The translations under genes were made by a program, and so were the position numbers. From positions 186,001 to 250,000 of the forward strand of contig NW_027590198.1 in the NCBI RefSeq assembly GCF_964213995.1: a stretch of 64,000 bases of DNA. The letters are read 5' to 3'. Below are positions 60,511 to 64,000 of this stretch, in pieces. Position 1 is the first letter of the stretch. Every line of letters begins with the position of its first letter. This DNA comes from Mustelus asterias (Eukaryota). The notes under the pieces were generated by a model. That model had not been told where the DNA came from. It saw only the letters and a list, made by a program, of their open reading frames with translations, and ran no database searches.

Positions 60511-63500
60511 CAAAGAACAAAGAAAATTACAGCACAAGAACGGGCCCTTCGGCTCTCCAAGCCTGGACCGACCATGCTGCCCCAATGAACTAAAAACCCC
60601 TACTATTCCGGGGCCCATGTCCCTCTATTCTCATCCCAATCATGTATTTGTCAAGGCGCCTTAAAAGTCACGATCGTATCTGCTTCCACTACCTCCGCCG
60701 TCAGCGAGTTCCAGGCTCCCACCTCCCTCTGTGTCAAAAAACTTGCATTGTATATCTCCTTTTAACCTTGCCCCATGACACCTTATACCTATGCACCCCA
60801 GTAATTGACTCTTCCACCCTGTGACAAAGCTTCTGACTATCCATTCTATCCATCCCCCTCATAATCTTGTAAACTCCTATCAGGTCGCCCCTCAACCTCC
60901 ATCGTTCCAGTGAGAACAAACCAAGTCACTCCAGGCTCTCCTCATAGCTAATGCCCTCCAGACCAGGCAACATCCTAGTAACTCTTTTCTGTATCCTCTC
61001 CAAAGCCTCCAAATTTTTCTGTTGGTGTGGCGACTAGAATTGAACACTATATTCCAAGTGTGGCCTAACTTGGTTCCTAGAAATCTGCAAAATGAATTGC
61101 CAATTTTTAAACTCAATGCCCCGGCCGATGAAGGCAAGCATGTCTTCTGCTTTCTTGACTGCTTTCTCCACCTTTATTGCCACTTTCAGTGACCTGTGTA
61201 CCTGTACACCCAGATTTCTCTGCCAATCAATACACTTAAGGGTTCTGCCATTTAGTGCATATTTCCCATCAGTATTAGACCTTCCAAAATGCATTCCCTC
61301 ACTTTTGTCCCGATTAAATTCCATCTACCGTCTCTCCGCCCAAGTGTCCAACCAATCTGTATCCTGCCGGGCCTCATCGCTGTTCGCAATTCCTTCAACC
61401 TTTGTGTCATGCACGATCTTACGAATCAAACCAGTTACATTTCTCTCCAAATCATTTATATATATATTACAAACAGCAAAGGTCCCAGCACTGAACCCTT
61501 AGGAACGCCACTTGTCACAGCTCTCCATTCAGAAATGCACCCGTCCACTGCTACCCTCTGTCTTCTATAACCGAGCCACCTTGTTTCTATCTTGTCAGCT
61601 CATCTCTGAACCCGTGTAACTTCACCTTCTGTACCCTCTGCAATGAGGGACGTTGTCAAAGGCCTTACTGGAGTCCATGTAGACAGCATCCATTGCCCTA
61701 CCCTCATCAATCATCTTCGTCATTTCCACGAAAAACTCGATCAAGTTAGTGAGACACGGCCTCCTCTTCACAAAAACATGTTGCCTCTCGGTAATACGCC
61801 CACTTTTTTCCAAGAGGGAGTAAATCCTGTCTCGAAGAATCCTCTCCAAAAATCTCCCTAACACTGGCGGAAGGTTCACCGGCCTGTAATTACCTGGCTT
61901 CTCCTTGCTACCCTTCTTAGACAAAGGAACAACACTGGCTATTCTCCAGTCCTCTAGGACCTCCCCTTTAGCCAGTGATGATACAAAGATTTCTACCAAG
62001 GCCCCAGCAACTTCCTCCCTTGCCCCTCTCAGTATTCTGGGGAGTATCCCATCAGGCCCTGGGGGCTTGTCTACCTTAACGTTTCTCAAGAACCCCAATA
62101 CCTCCACCATTGTGATCTCGACATGCTCCAAACTATCTGCAAACCGTTCTCCAGACTCATCATCCACCAAGTCCTTCTCATTGGTGAACACTGAAGCAAA
62201 GTACTCATTTAATACCTCGCCCATTTCCTCTGGCTCCACGCATTGATTCCCTCCCTTCTCCTTGAGTGGGCCAACCTCCTCCCTCGCTACCCTCTTGCAC
62301 TTATATATGGATAAAAAACTTTCTGATGTTCTATAACCCTGCTGGCCATTGGCTTTTTATGACCCCTTTTAGCCCTCCTTATTTCTTGCTTAAGTTTCTT
62401 TTTACTTTCCTTGTATTCCAGTCTTGCTTCATGTGTTCTCAGCCTCCAAGCCTTGACAAATGTTTCCTTTCTCGCTTTGACTAGACTCTCGTTATCCAAG
62501 GTTCCCGAAGCTTGCCAGAAGACCATAAGACCATAAGATATCGGACCAGAATTACGCCACGTCGCCCATCGAGTCTGTTCCACCATTCCATCACAGCTGA
62601 TATTTTTCTCATCCCCATTCTCCTGCCTTTTTCCCATAACCTCTGATCCCCTTATTAATCAAGAACCTGTCTATCTCTGTCTTAAAGACACTCAATGACT
62701 TGGCCTCCACAGCCTTCTGCGGCAGAGTTCCACAGATTCACCATTTTCTGGCTGAAGAAATTCCTCCTCATCTCTGTTCTAAAAGATCATCCCTTTAGCC
62801 TGAGTTTGTGCCCCCTGGTTCTAGTTTTTCCTACTGGTGGAAACATCCTCTCCACCTCCACTCTATCCAGGCCTCGCAGTATCCTGTAAGTTTCAATGAG
62901 ATCCCCCTCATCCTTCAAAACTCCAACGAGTACAGACCTAGAGTCCTCAAACGTTGCTCATGCGACACGCTCTTCATTCCAGGGATCATTCTTTTAGAAC
63001 ATAGAACATAGAACATTACAGCGCAGTACAGGCCCTTTGGCCCTCGATGTTGCGCCGACCAGTGGTACCAATCTAAAGCCCCTGTAATCTACACTATTCC
63101 AATATCATCCATATGTTTATCCAATAACCACTTGAACGCTCTCAACGTTGACGAGTCCACCATTGCTGCACTTTTGAACTTCCTCTGGGCCATTTCTAAG
63201 GCCAGCACATCTTCCTTAGATATGGGGTCCAAAACTGCTCACAATACTGCAAATGGGGTCTGACCAGATCCTTATACAGCCTCAGAAGTACATTACTGCT
63301 CTTGCATTCTCGCCCTCTCGACATAAATACTAATATTGCATTTGCCTGTCTAACTGCCGACTGAACCTGCACGTTAACCTTAAGAGAATCTTGAACAATG
63401 TCTCCCAAGTCCCTTTGTGTTTCTGATTTTCTAAGCATTTTCCCATTTAGAAAATAGTCTATGCCTCTATTCCTCCTTCCAAAGTGTATAACCTTACACT

Positions 63501-64000
63501 TTTCCACATTGTATTCCATCTGCCACTTCTTTGCCCACACTCCTAACCCTTCCACATCCTTCTGCAACCCCCCTGCTTCCTCAATACTACCGAGCCCTCT
63601 CGTATCTTTGCCGTACTTATCCTTCATTCTTACAATAATATGCCGGTCCTGAATTCCTTTCAACTTACACTTGAACGGCCCACACATGTCAGATATTGTT
63701 TTGCTCTCAAATATCTGTCCCCAATCTACATTCCTTAGTTCCTGCCATACATTGTTGTAACTTGCCTTTCACCCAATTTAGCACCTTCACTTGAGGACTA
63801 CACGTATCCTCATCCATCATTACCTTAAAGCTTACTGAATTGTGGTTACTGTTCTCGAACTACTCCCGTACTGAAACGTCGACCACCTGGCCGGGCTCAT
63901 TCCCCAATATTCCCCAACGGCCCCTTCCCTAGTTGGACAATCTACATGCTGTTTCAAGAAGTTCTACTGGATGATCCGTACAAAATGTGTCCCATTCATG
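60511..64000 (-). mobile_element. Nested CR1 LINEs
   Basis: RT/EN remnants (ORFs 61622-62239 and 63196-63687) with additional 3' tails at about 62520 and 62995. Confidence 0.9.

Noticed and set aside
1-64000. D or J segments, 12-RSSs, CRISPR arrays, rRNA
   Set aside because: None recognised; every RSS found is V-associated with a 23-24-nt spacer. A short D or J could have been missed without a scan.

Overview
Cartilaginous-fish (shark-like) genomic DNA. The left end (0.5-5.2 kb) holds the 3' end of an IgM heavy-chain cluster: Cmu3, Cmu4 with its secretory tailpiece, TM1 and TM2, all with intact splice sites. About 11 kb downstream begins an array of TCR alpha/delta-type V segments in both orientations. 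I count eight V segments or fragments; five still carry a 23(24)-bp-spacer RSS, and all but one are clearly pseudogenes. The V segments are interleaved with about 14 mostly decayed tRNA genes, several CTCF-like motifs and CRE/decamer-like promoter motifs. A module of roughly 4.4 kb (V + CTCF pair + intron-containing tRNA-Pro + tRNA-Arg) is present as an old inverted duplication (about 21.6-26.0 kb versus 53.9-60.5 kb). The rest is dense in retroelements: CR1 LINEs (one full-length), Penelope-like elements with minimal hammerhead ribozymes, and V-SINE/HE1 and Deu-type SINEs. The most striking points are (1) the direct IgM-TCR V linkage, including an open, inverted V facing the IgM cluster, and (2) a ~440-bp structured cassette in the 3'UTR of a young CR1 subfamily that contains a copy of the element's own RT segment. 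All calls were made by eye; no searches or folding programs were run.
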